A stretch of 31,678 bases of DNA from Nannocystaceae bacterium (lineage in GTDB: Bacteria > Myxococcota_A > Polyangia > Nannocystales > Nannocystaceae), in the NCBI GenBank assembly GCA_041389905.1, contig JAWKQY010000082.1, positions 1 through 31,678 on the forward strand, read 5' to 3'. Positions 9,552 through 18,180 of the stretch are shown here, in pieces. The position numbers were made by a program, and so were the translations under genes. The number at the start of each line of letters is the position of its first letter. The first letter of the stretch is position 1. Below the pieces are notes generated by a model that was not told the DNA's origin, searched no databases, and worked only from the letters and a program-made list of their open reading frames with translations.

Positions 9552-10736
9552 TCAGTAGGCGACGCCGATGTCCGCGGCCTGCGAGCGCAGCATGTCGACG
9601 ACGCTGTTGTCGAAGCCGTCCGCGCCGCTGTTGTCCTCGACCCACGCGTCGCGCTTCTTCGCGACCTCGAGGATCTGCTTGTTGAGCGCCTCGCGCTGGC
9701 GGCGGAGGTCCGCGACGTAGGCCTGCTGCTCGCTCGTGCTCATCCGCTGCATGTTCTCCGGGAGCGCCTCGTTGGCGACGCGCTCGAGCTCGACGCGGCC
9801 CTCGTCGAGCGCCGAGAGGAGATCCTCGTCGTTGAGGCGCGCCGTCTTGGCGGAGTACGACGCCGCGTCCGCGGCCGCCTCGCCCGAGAGGGAGGAGCGC
9901 GCCCGCACCTTGCGGTGCGCCCTCGCCTTGTCCGTCGCGCTGCCCCAGCCGAGCGAGGTCGCGGCGAGCGAGCGGTTGAGCTCAGCGAGCTCGGCGTCGA
10001 AGGGGGAGTCGAGGCGATCGACGCCGCCGTCCTGATCGATGGTCGACATCTCGCCGCCGGCGAGCTGGGCGATCCGCGTCCACGCGGCGGCCGTCTCCGG
10101 CTGCTGCCCGCAGCGGATCGTGTTGATGACGATGCCCTTGGCCTTGGCCGCGGCCGCGAGGTCGCTGCTCGAGGGCCCGGCGTAGTCGTCGTGCGGCGGC
10201 GCGTCGCCGACGAGGAAGACGAGGCGGAGGACGTTGTCGCCCTGCTCCCAGGCCATGCCGTGGATCGCGTCGGCGAGGCCCTGGTTGACGTGCTCCGGGC
10301 CGTCGCCGCCGCCGCCCGCGGCGAGGGCGTTGAGGTCGCCCTGGAGGCCGTCGAGGTCGCGGGTGAGCGGCGAGTTGCGGGTGACGTACTCGTCGTTGAG
10401 ATCGCGGAAGGCGACGAGGCCGACGCGGATGTCCGGGCGCGGCTGCCCCGAGGCGAGGCGGTTGGCGATCGACCAGATCTTGCGCTTCGCGCCGTCGAGG
10501 AGCCCGCCCATCGAGCCCGTCGTGTCGACGACGAAGACGACGTCGATCCGCGGGCGCTGCTCCTGCTCGGGGCGGACGAGCGGCGCCTCGGGCTGCGCCT
10601 GGGTCTGCGCGCTGGCGGCGGTCGTCGGGACGTGCGTGGTGGGCTGGGGGATCGGCCAGATCTGGTTGGCGATCAGGGTCCCGCACATCAGGGAGGTGAG
10701 GGCGGCGCCGATGTAGATCATATGGGAGGTGCGCAT
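9552..10736 (-). CDS. Membrane-anchored von Willebrand factor type A (VWA) domain protein
   Basis: Start ATG at 10736 (MRTSHMIYIGAALTSLMCGTLIANQIW, a signal anchor/TM) with GGAG ~13 nt upstream. VWA/MIDAS signature at RIDVVFVVDTTGSMGG...LVAFRD...VFLVGDAPPHDD. C-terminal ~150 aa helical region. The track ORF 9552..10889 has a junk N-terminal extension. Confidence 0.8.
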   Translation of the reverse strand: MRTSHMIYIGAALTSLMCGTLIANQIWPIPQPTTHVPTTAASAQTQAQPEAPLVRPEQEQRPRIDVVFVVDTTGSMGGLLDGAKRKIWSIANRLASGQPRPDIRVGLVAFRDLNDEYVTRNSPLTRDLDGLQGDLNALAAGGGGDGPEHVNQGLADAIHGMAWEQGDNVLRLVFLVGDAPPHDDYAGPSSSDLAAAAKAKGIVINTIRCGQQPETAAAWTRIAQLAGGEMSTIDQDGGVDRLDSPFDAELAELNRSLAATSLGWGSATDKARAHRKVRARSSLSGEAAADAASYSAKTARLNDEDLLSALDEGRVELERVANEALPENMQRMSTSEQQAYVADLRRQREALNKQILEVAKKRDAWVEDNSGADGFDNSVVDMLRSQAADIGVAY

Positions 10737-10922
10737 GGTGGGTCTGCTCCTGTCTCTCGCGTGGGTGTCGCTCGGGGTGAACGCAGGATCCCCTAGGTCG
10801 GCGCAGGAGGCCTGTAAAAGCCGCGTAAAACACTCGTGCGCCGGCCGATACAAGCCGACCGCGGGCGTTCTACGCGGCACGAAGGACATGTCGACGAGGA
10901 CATGTCGCGGGCGCGGAGAGGG

Positions 10923-12107
10923 CTACTTGCAGGTCTTGAGCGCGGCCTTGACCTTCGACGACGAGCTCTTGCGCGCCGCGGCCTTCTGCGCCTCGGCGGT
11001 GCGCCCGAGCTTGCACAGCGCGAGGACCTCGATCTCGACCCGCTGCTCGACGAGCTGGCTGTCGGGGAACTCCTTGGCGTGCTGGCGGGTGTAGGCGAGC
11101 GCCTGCGCCGGGTTCGTCTTCAGCGACTTCTTCGCCTCGCTGAGCATCTGGAGCTCGATGATCACGCGGCCGGAGTCCTTCGCGCCCTTCTTCGACGAGG
11201 ACGTCGTCGTCGACGTGCTCGAGGTCGACGACGTGCTCTTCTTCTTGGTCGTCGCCTTCTTGGCCTTCTTGGTCGTCGACTTCTTCGTGGTGGTCGTCGC
11301 CGCGGCGGTCGCGTTCGTGTCGGCGCTAGCGTCTGCGCTGGCGCCCCCGGTGCCGTCTGTGCCGCTGTCTGTGTCGCCGCCGGTCGTCGTCGCGGGCTCG
11401 GGCTCGGGTTCTGGCTCTGGCTCTGGCTCTGGCTCGGGCTCGATCGGCGGCGGCTCTGGCTCTGGCTCGTCCTCGAGGAACGCGGGGACCCACGGCAGCT
11501 CGATGATCTCCTGCTGGTGGAGGACGATCGCCGCGGTCGCGCCGAGGGCGACGAAGCCGACGAGCGCGAGGATGATCAGGGGCCAGCGACGACGCTGGCC
11601 CAGGACCGCGTCAGGCCGGCCGTCGACGACGTCTTCGCCGCCCATCTCGCTCGAGAAGGTGCGACCCCGCGGCAGCGGGACCGAGCCGAGCTCGCTGGAG
11701 AACGTCCGTCCGTCGCCTGTCGCGACGTCGCCGAGCTCCGTCGAGAAGGTGCTCGCAGGTCGCCGCGCTGGGGCGCTCGGGGTCGACGCGGGGGCCGCGG
11801 GGTTCGCCTGCGCAGGCGCCTGGAAGGGGTGCTGATGCGGCTGGCCGAAGGGGTACTGGGGCGGCTGCTGCGGCTGCGGCTGGCCGAAGGGGTACTGGGG
11901 CGGCTGCTGCGGCTGCTGCTGGCCGAAGGGGTGCTGTTGCGGCTGCTGCTGCGGCTGACCGAAGGGGTGCTGTTGCGGCGGCTGTTGCGGCTGCTGTCCG
12001 AAGTTGCGGTGCTGTTGCGGCTGACCGGGTGCTGTTGCGGCTGTTGCGTTGGCCGAGGGGTGCTGTTGCGGCTGTTGCGGTTGGAAGGGAGGCTGTTGCG
12101 GCTGCTG
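10923..12107 (-). CDS. Membrane protein, 3' segment: Q/P-rich repeats (QQPQQxPFGQ), three TFSSE-like motifs, one TM helix, periplasmic (EP)n and Ser/Thr/Lys-rich linkers, small helical C-terminal domain
   Basis: The reading frame of track ORF 10923..11645 is open without stop up to 12107 but contains no ATG upstream of 11645. Hand translation upstream of 11645 gives ...QPQQPPQYPFGQPQPQQPPQYPFGQPHQHPFQAPAQANPAAPASTPSAPARRPASTFSTELGDVATGDGRTFSSELGSVPLPRGRTFSSEMGGEDVVDGRPDAVLGQRRRWPLIILALVGFVALG... The sequence is protein-like throughout. The minus-strand reading gives a Pro/Gln-rich protein, while the plus strand gives Gly/Arg/Leu junk. Confidence 0.6.
   Translation of the reverse strand, partial: QQPQQPPFQPQQPQQHPSANATAATAPGQPQQHRNFGQQPQQPPQQHPFGQPQQQPQQHPFGQQQPQQPPQYPFGQPQPQQPPQYPFGQPHQHPFQAPAQANPAAPASTPSAPARRPASTFSTELGDVATGDGRTFSSELGSVPLPRGRTFSSEMGGEDVVDGRPDAVLGQRRRWPLIILALVGFVALGATAAIVLHQQEIIELPWVPAFLEDEPEPEPPPIEPEPEPEPEPEPEPEPATTTGGDTDSGTDGTGGASADASADTNATAAATTTTKKSTTKKAKKATTKKKSTSSTSSTSTTTSSSKKGAKDSGRVIIELQMLSEAKKSLKTNPAQALAYTRQHAKEFPDSQLVEQRVEIEVLALCKLGRTAEAQKAAARKSSSSKVKAALKTCK
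11391..11470. repeat. (ggctct/ggctcg)n hexanucleotide microsatellite encoding the (EP)n linker on the minus strand
   Basis: Direct reading: ggctcgggctcgggttctggctctggctctggctctggctcgggctcg ... ggctctggctctggctcg. Confidence 0.8.
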
Positions 12108-12130
12108 TCAAGGGGCACTGCGGCTGCTGC
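11830..12130. repeat. Imperfect ~33-bp tandem repeats (ggccgaaggggtactggggcggctgctgcggctg-like), ~8 copies, encoding QQPQQPPQYPFGQ units
   Basis: Repeated ccgaagggg(t/g)(a/g)ctg(g/t)(g/t)gcggctgctgcggctg blocks are visible by eye. Confidence 0.7.
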
Positions 12131-12519
12131 TGCTGGCTGGGCCGAAGGTGCTGCGGATGTTGTTGTCCGGGGGTGGGCGAGAGGTGCGGCTGCGGCTGCG
12201 GTTGCTGCTGGGTTGGGCGAAGGGTGCGGCTGCGCTGCGTTGCTGCTGCGGTTGGGCGAAAGGGGTGCGGCTGCGCCTGGGGTTGCTGCGCGTACGCTTG
12301 CGGCTGCGGCTGCTTGCGGATGACCGTAGGGCTGCGGCTGCTGGGCGGCGGGCTGCTGGGTCGGCTGCGGCTGGCCGAAGGGATAGCCAGGGGCCTGCGC
12401 CTGAGGTTGCCCGAAGGGCTGAGCCTGCTGCGCGTGCGACGAGGCCTCCTCGGCGGAGGGGGCGCTCGGCGCCTCCGAAGCCTGTCCAGGCTGGGCGAGG
12501 GCCCTGTGGTGGGGCGTGC

Positions 12520-12910
12520 GGTGAGCCGAGGGGGGGCTGGTTGAGAGGGCTCCCGGACGCGTGAACCTGCCCGAAGGGACCGGTCGGGGGCTGGTTGAGG
12601 GCTCTGGGTCGCGGGGGCGTGCGGCGAGAGCCGAGGGGCTGGTTCGGACCGTCTCGGGCTGGTTGGGGGCTCTGGGTCGCGGGGGCGTGCTGGTTGAGAG
12701 GGCTCCCGGACGCGTGAACCTGCCGGATCAGTCGGGGGCTGGTTGAGGGCTCTGGGTCGCGGGGGCGATGCGGCGAGCCGAGGGGGAGCTGGTTGAGGGC
12801 TGCCGGACGCGTGAACCTGCCCAGAGGACCGGTCGGGGGATGGTTGAGGGCTCTGGGTCGCGGGGGCGTGCGGCGAGCCGAGGGGAGGATGGTTGAGGGG
12901 GGTCCCGGAT
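12520..12910. repeat. Long-unit tandem repeats (~100-155 bp unit, ~3 copies) within the repeat gene
   Basis: ctggttgagagggctcccggacgcgtgaacctgcc recurs at ~12537, ~12693 and ~12790 (the last as ctggttgagggctgccggacgcgtgaacctgccc). ggctctgggtcgcgggggcgtgc recurs about 5 times. Confidence 0.7.
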
Positions 12911-13194
12911 GCCGAAGTTTGAGGGCTCTGGGTCGAAAGGTTGAGCTCTGGGTCGAGGGGGCGCTCGGGAGCCGAGGGGCGGGAGGCCCGATCCATGAGC
13001 TTGGCCGAAGGCTGCGGTTGGTCGAGGGCTCTGGGTCCGGGGGCGTGCCGAGCCCAGGGGAGGCTGGTTGGGGGGCTGCCGGTTTGAGGCTGTCCGAAGG
13101 GACTTGTAGGGGAGGCGGGAGGAGAGGGCTCTGCGTCGACGGGGCGCTCTGCCCAGAGGCGGAGGCAGGCTGTCGAGGGGACTTGTAGAGGGGA

Positions 13195-13530
13195 GGCGGG
13201 AGGAAGGGCTCTGAGGCGACGTTGGTTGAGCGGCTCTGCGAACTCAGGCGGTTGGTTGAGCGGGCTCTGAGGTGGTTGGTGAGCGGGGCTTTGAGGCGGT
13301 TGGTTAGCGGGCTCCTGAGGTGGTTGGTTGAGCGGGCTCTGAGAGGTGGTGAGCAGGGCTCCGCGGCGGTTGGTTGAGCGGGCTCTGGGGGCTTGATTGA
13401 GCGGGCTCGAGGTGGTTGATTGAGCGGGCTCTGAGGGGGCTGATTGAGCGAAGGGCTCCGCGGCTGATTGAGCAGGCTCCGGGGGGCTGATTGAGCGGGC
13501 TCTGAGGGGGCTGATTGAGCGGGTTCTGAG
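13195..13530. repeat. Short-unit degenerate tandem repeat (~23-25 bp unit, ~13 copies): g(g)ttg(a/g)ttgagcgggctctgagg
   Basis: Direct reading. Spacer length varies by 1-2 nt between copies, so the encoded PLNQPPQS / AQSAPSEP / RSISPLRA peptides are the same DNA unit read in three phases. Confidence 0.75.
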
Positions 13531-13994
13531 GCGCGCGCGCGAAGGGCCCCTGGGGAGGTCCGAGGGGGGCGCTAGGCCGGTTGAGCGGGTTGGGGGCCAC
13601 GAGCCCGATGAGCGTCCCTTTCGGCGCGCCCGACGGGGTCGCGGCGGGACGCGGCGTCTGGAAGCCCGCGGGCACCTGCCACGTCGGGGCCGCCGGCTTG
13701 GCCTCGGTCTCGGGTTCAGGCTCAGGCTTCGGCTCGGGCCCGCCGACGAGCGACGGGATGTTCCACGGCTGCTTGGGATCGTCGTTGGCCACGCGACCGA
13801 GATAGTCTCACGGCCGGGCCGCGCTCGCACCATCGCGCCGTGCGCCCCCCGAGGACCCGCCTACACGCCGCTCGGCCTCCGATCTCCTCGGATGACGCCG
13901 CGGCAAACATCGCGCGCGCCGCGGGAGCGGCGCTCGACTCGGCTCGAGGTGCGGTCCGTCGCGGTCGGCGACGCAGCGGCGGCGTCGCGAGCGG

Positions 13995-14558
13995 CTAGGA
14001 CGGTTGAACGGCCGACGCCGACGGGCGCGCGCCGAGCTTGTTGCCGAACTTGTCCCCGCAGCGGGTCATGATCTCGGTGGCGCGGCTCTTGGTGATCTCG
14101 CGCGGCGACGCGTTGGTGAGCGCGTGGGCCTGGCAGCGCGCGACGTCGACGTCCTTGTTCGCGAGGCACTCGTCGCGCGCCTTGTCGAGGTCCATCGGCT
14201 TGAAGACGTTCCAGCGCTCGAGCTCGTCGGGCTTGCCGGCGAGCCGGCGCTGGACGAAGTCGTCGTAGGCCTGGCGCATCGCGTCGCAGGCGCCCGCGAG
14301 ATCGGTCGGGATGTCACCGCCGTCGGGGACGATCGTCAGGGCGTCGATGGCCTCGCGGACAGCCTGCTCGGCCTTCGCCGCGGTGCGCTCCTTGAGCCGC
14401 TTCATGTCGCGTGTCGCCTCCTTGGCGGCGGCCTCGGGGTCGGCGTTCTCAAAGGCCTTGGCGATGCTGTTGCGGGTCTTGGCCTTGTCGCCGTCGCCAC
14501 AGGCAGAGGCGGTAAGGAGCAGGCCTATGGCGATGAGCGCGGACTTGGTGGTGGGCAT
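13995..14558 (-). CDS. Small periplasmic lipoprotein of unknown function (4 additional Cys)
   Basis: Start ATG at 14558 with GGAGG 8 nt upstream. MPTTKSALIAIGLLLTASAC is a signal peptide with lipobox. The rest is Lys/Glu/Ala-rich and helical. The track ORF 13995..14660 has a 34-aa junk extension. Confidence 0.7.
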   Translation of the reverse strand: MPTTKSALIAIGLLLTASACGDGDKAKTRNSIAKAFENADPEAAAKEATRDMKRLKERTAAKAEQAVREAIDALTIVPDGGDIPTDLAGACDAMRQAYDDFVQRRLAGKPDELERWNVFKPMDLDKARDECLANKDVDVARCQAHALTNASPREITKSRATEIMTRCGDKFGNKLGARPSASAVQPS

Positions 14559-14967
14559 ACGAAGACCTCCGTGTCGAGCGAATGCGCACTCCGATATGCC
14601 ACGGGGCGAATGCGACCGACAAGGGTCGATCTCCGCGGGTGATGATGGCGCGTCGCCCACTGTCCCGTTACGCGCCGCTCGCCGCCGCGGCGGCGCCTCT
14701 CGCAGCGCGGCCGCGCCCCTCAGCCCGCCGACGCCGACCGCGACTTCGTTGACTCGTCACGGACTTTCGGCCCGCGCAGCGACGGCGGCGCGGGCGTCTC
14801 GGGCGGCGCCGCCGATCGCCCCGAGGCGCCCCTGCGCGCTCGTCTGCGCGAGGCGTGCGCTCAAAGATTTCTCTGGCGATCGTCTGGCGCTACGTCCAGG
14901 ATAGTCGGGCTGGGCTGCTTTATGCAGGGGGGCACGCGGGGAGAGGCGCCGAGGTCGGGATAAGGCG

Positions 14968-17900
14968 ATGGATCTGACGCTACTTGCGAGAGAGCGCGTG
15001 GGGAAGGTCCTGCGTGGCAAGTACCACTTGGATCGCCTCATCGACGTCGGCGGCATGGCTGCGGTCTACGAGGCGACCCACCGTAACGGTACGCGCTCCG
15101 CGATCAAGGTGCTCCACCCGAAGTACGTCTCGGACGTGCAGGCGCGGACGCGGTTCCTCCGCGAGGGCTACGCGGCCAACCACGTCGGTCACCCCGGCTC
15201 GGTCACCGTGATCGACGACGACTTCACCGAAGACGGTGAGGTCTACCTGGTGATGGAGCTCCTCGACGGCGAGTCGCTCGAGAGCTGCCTCGCCCGCGAG
15301 CGGGTGCTCCAGCCGCTCGACGTCCTCAGCATCGGCGATCAGCTCCTCGACGTCCTCACGGCGGCGCACGCCAAGGACATCATCCACCGCGACATCAAGC
15401 CCGCGAACATCATGCTGACGCGGAGCGGGATCGTGAAGCTCCTCGACTTCGGCCTCGCCCGCGTGCGCGAGCTGCCGGCGGTCGCCGGGGTCCACAGCGC
15501 GGAGATCGTCTTCGGCACGGTCGCCTACGTCTCGCCAGAGGCCGCGCGCGCGAACAACGACGCGATGGACGGGCGCGCGGACCTCTGGGCGGTCGCGGCG
15601 ACGATGTTCAAGGCGCTCACCGGCGAGACCGTCCACGGCATGGACGGGTCGGTGATGGAGCGCCTGATCCGGGCGGCGAAGGACCACGCGCGCTCGCTCG
15701 GCGAGCTCGCGCCGCACCTCCACCCGCGCGTCGTCGACGTCATCGATCGCGCCCTCGCGTTCAAGCGCGAGGATCGCTGGCCGAGCGCCGCGGTGATGCA
15801 GGCGGTCATCCAGGACGTCATCGCGGAGCTGATGGAAGAGACAGGCGTCCCGCCGTCGATCTTCTTCATGCCGGCGCTGTCGCAGATGGTCGCGGTGTAC
15901 ACGCCCTCGGGGCCGATGTCGTCGTCGTCGGCCGCGGCGACGCCGACGCCGCGGCCGATGGCCTACAACCCGCACCTGGCGACGCCGTCGCCGAGCCCGT
16001 ACCCGTACCCGGCCGCCCACGCGACGCCGTCGCCGTCGCCGTCGCCCTTCGCCAACCCGCTCAACCAAGTGCGCGGGCGGGCGCCGCAGGCCTACGTCCC
16101 GCAGACGCCGCAGGTCAACTACGCCAACCCGCTCAACCAGGTGCACGGCCGCCGGCAGCAGCAGCCGCAGCAGCAGCCGCAGCCGCGACCGCAGGCCTAC
16201 AACCCGCTCAACCAGGTCTCCGCGCCGCCGCGCTCGCACGCCCGCCCTCAGAGCGCGCCGCAAAACCAAGCCCGCGGCGCCTACGGCCCGGACGCGATGA
16301 ACCAGGCGCGCGGGCACGACCCGTACGCGCAGCAGCGCCGCCCGCCTGCGCGGCCGCAGGGCGACGGATCCTTTGACATCGACATCGACATCGACATCGA
16401 TCTCGACGTCGACCTGGGCGGCGACCCTCGCGAGCTGACGACGACGTCGGAGAACGTGGGCACGCGGCCGGCCGCGCTCGCCGACGAAGCGGAGCCGGCG
16501 CGCCCCCTTCGCCGCGCGACGACGATGCGCGACCTCGGGGCCGCGGCGGCGCGCGCCCGGGCGACGCTCGACGCCCGCCTGCGCGGCTCGACCCCGGTCG
16601 CTCCGCCAGCGCCCGAGCCAGCGCCAGCGCCAGCGCCCGCCGAGGACTTCGAGATCGACATCGGCTTCGGCGAGAGCACGAGCGCCGGCGTGGTGGTCGA
16701 GGTCGCGGAGAGCACGACCTCCGGGGTGGTGATCGACGTCGACGAGCACTACACGCCGGAGCGCCAGCCGTCTGTCTCTGGGGACATCTACGACGAGGAC
16801 GAGTTCATCGACGGCGAGGAGCTCGACTCGGGCGTCGAGTTCGTCTCTGGCGACGACGACGACGAGTACGATGCGAGCGACGCGAGCGCGGGGCGCAGGA
16901 CGTCGGAGGACACCGTCCGGATGGCGATCCCGCAGCCCAGCGAGGACACCGTCAAGCGCCCGCCGCCGGAGCTGCCAAGCGAGCAGACGGTCCGTCGCCC
17001 CTTCCCGCAGCCGCCTGTCGCGGCGGTGAGCGGTGAGATCGGCGCGCCGACGATCGCGTCGCCGCCGACGATCGCCGCGCCGCCGACGATCGCGTCGCCG
17101 CGGGGCCGAGGGGCGCCGCGGATCGCTGCGCCGCCGACGGTCGTGTCGCCGCCGACGATCGGGACGCCGCCGACGATCGGGACGCCGCCGACGATCGGGA
17201 CGCCGCCGACGATCGCCGCGCCGAGGATCGTGTCGCCGCCGACGATCGCCAGCGGTCGCAGCGAGGACACGGTCCGCGGCCCCGCGCCGCTCCCTCCCAG
17301 CGAGGACACCGTCCGCGAGCGAGGCCCGGAGGCCAGCGGCATGGAGGCGGGGATCCTCGTCGAGGCGATCGAGGACGAGGGCGACTGGCCCGAGGACGAG
17401 GTCTGGGGCGCCCCTGCGACGGGCGCAGAGGCGGCCGAGCGGCCCCCCGAGGTGATCGCCGAGGAGGCCGCGCCCGAGGTCGCCGAGGAGGAGGCGAAGC
17501 CCGCCCGGAAGTCGCTGTTCACGCCGCGCTCGAAGGGCTCGCTCGGCGGGCTCCTCGGCCTGCCGCCGATGGGCTCGCGCTTCACCGGGAGCTCGCGCCT
17601 GCAGACCAAGGCCGAGGAGGAGGAGGCGCAGCGCGAGGCGGAGGCGGCGGCGAAGCGCGAGGCAGAAGAGGCGGCGCGGCGCGAGGCGGAGGCGGCGGCG
17701 AAGCGCAAGGCAGAAGAGGCGGCGCGGCGCGAGGCGGAGGCGGCGGCGAAGCGCGAGGCCGAGGAGACGGAGAGGCGCGAGGAGGCGGCGCGGCGCGAGG
17801 AGGAGCGCAGGCCGCCGCGGCGCAGCGCGACGAGGAGCGCAGGGCGGCGGCGACGAAGCGCGCCGAGGAGCGCAAGGCGGCGCGGCGCGAGGCCGAGGCG

Positions 17901-18180
17901 CGGGCGAAGGCGCGGCGTGAGGCCGAGGAGAGGGAGAAGGCGGCGCCGGAGCGGCCGCGCCGAAGCGGACGGTCGGCGCCGGCAGCCGCGGCCTCGATCG
18001 CCTCTTCATCCCTGCGCGGGCCGGCGGCGCCTTTCGCGATCCGGTCGTCGTCGACGCGTCGACGACGACGCTGACCCCCCCGGATCGCACGGTGCGGGTC
18101 GCCATCCGGGCCCCGTCGACGCTCCCCGATCTCGGCGTCGGTCAGCGCTCCTTCGGCGCGAAGCCGCCGAAGGCCGGTGA
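14968..18180 (+). CDS. Active Hanks-type Ser/Thr protein kinase with a ~750-aa repeat-rich intrinsically disordered tail; the 3' end is frameshifted and the true C-terminus is probably at 18403
   Basis: N-terminal ~270 aa have all catalytic motifs: G-loop VGGMAAVYEA, AIKVL Lys, HRDIKPANIM, DFG, SPEAA. The tail contains NPLNQV x3, (DI)n, PPTI(A/G)x hexapeptides x~10, PSEDTV(R/K) x5, a REAEAAAKREAEEAAR coiled-coil x3, and VDEVEV x3. After ~17805 the frame-1 reading becomes Arg-rich junk, while frames 0 then 2 carry protein-like sequence to the TAG at 18401-18403. Confidence 0.85.
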   Translation: MDLTLLARERVGKVLRGKYHLDRLIDVGGMAAVYEATHRNGTRSAIKVLHPKYVSDVQARTRFLREGYAANHVGHPGSVTVIDDDFTEDGEVYLVMELLDGESLESCLARERVLQPLDVLSIGDQLLDVLTAAHAKDIIHRDIKPANIMLTRSGIVKLLDFGLARVRELPAVAGVHSAEIVFGTVAYVSPEAARANNDAMDGRADLWAVAATMFKALTGETVHGMDGSVMERLIRAAKDHARSLGELAPHLHPRVVDVIDRALAFKREDRWPSAAVMQAVIQDVIAELMEETGVPPSIFFMPALSQMVAVYTPSGPMSSSSAAATPTPRPMAYNPHLATPSPSPYPYPAAHATPSPSPSPFANPLNQVRGRAPQAYVPQTPQVNYANPLNQVHGRRQQQPQQQPQPRPQAYNPLNQVSAPPRSHARPQSAPQNQARGAYGPDAMNQARGHDPYAQQRRPPARPQGDGSFDIDIDIDIDLDVDLGGDPRELTTTSENVGTRPAALADEAEPARPLRRATTMRDLGAAAARARATLDARLRGSTPVAPPAPEPAPAPAPAEDFEIDIGFGESTSAGVVVEVAESTTSGVVIDVDEHYTPERQPSVSGDIYDEDEFIDGEELDSGVEFVSGDDDDEYDASDASAGRRTSEDTVRMAIPQPSEDTVKRPPPELPSEQTVRRPFPQPPVAAVSGEIGAPTIASPPTIAAPPTIASPRGRGAPRIAAPPTVVSPPTIGTPPTIGTPPTIGTPPTIAAPRIVSPPTIASGRSEDTVRGPAPLPPSEDTVRERGPEASGMEAGILVEAIEDEGDWPEDEVWGAPATGAEAAERPPEVIAEEAAPEVAEEEAKPARKSLFTPRSKGSLGGLLGLPPMGSRFTGSSRLQTKAEEEEAQREAEAAAKREAEEAARREAEAAAKRKAEEAARREAEAAAKREAEETERREEAARREEERRPPRRSATRSAGRRRRSAPRSARRRGARPRRGRRRGVRPRRGRRRRRSGRAEADGRRRQPRPRSPLHPCAGRRRLSRSGRRRRVDDDADPPGSHGAGRHPGPVDAPRSRRRSALLRREAAEGR
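17041..17240. repeat. 18-bp tandem repeats encoding PPTI(G/A)(T/S/A) hexapeptides (~10 copies; three perfect copies of ccgacgatcgggacgccg at ~17153-17210)
   Basis: Direct reading of the kinase-tail DNA. Confidence 0.8.

Larger units (their letters stand above)
12108..13792 (-). pseudogene. Frameshift-interrupted 5' portion of the same Pro/Gln/Ser-rich repeat protein gene (either an authentic pseudogene/phase-variable repeat, or indel errors in the tandem repeats); N-terminus MANDDPKQPWNIPSLVGGPEPKPEPEPE...
   Basis: Track ORFs 13304..13792 (frame b) and 11611..13833 (frame a) both read (S)PLNQPPQ-type repeats in this region. A third frame takes over at 12107. Removing a single A near 12108-12110 fuses frame a to frame c cleanly: ...QCPL|QQPQQPPFQP... 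The DNA repeat units are 23-25 bp and roughly 100-150 bp, not multiples of 3, so the peptide motif hops between frames. Confidence 0.45.

Noticed and set aside
12100-12115. Programmed ribosomal frameshift at the 12108 frame junction
   Set aside because: No slippery heptamer or downstream structure is evident. A single-base indel within a 33-bp tandem repeat array is more simply explained by replication slippage or a sequencing error.
9408-12323. Plus-strand ORFs 9408..10796 and 10836..12323
   Set aside because: They are antisense to the VWA gene and to the Q/P-rich repeat gene. The composition is junk (Arg/Leu/Gly). The minus-strand readings are protein-like and contain TM, VWA and linker features.
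12029-13188. Gly/Arg/Leu-rich plus-strand ORFs over the tandem repeats
   Set aside because: The plus-strand reading gives GxGxRG-type junk, while the minus strand gives Pro/Gln/Ser-rich sequence continuous with a TM-containing C-terminus.
14980-18105. 1041-aa minus-strand ORF
   Set aside because: Entirely antisense to the Ser/Thr kinase gene; Arg-rich junk.
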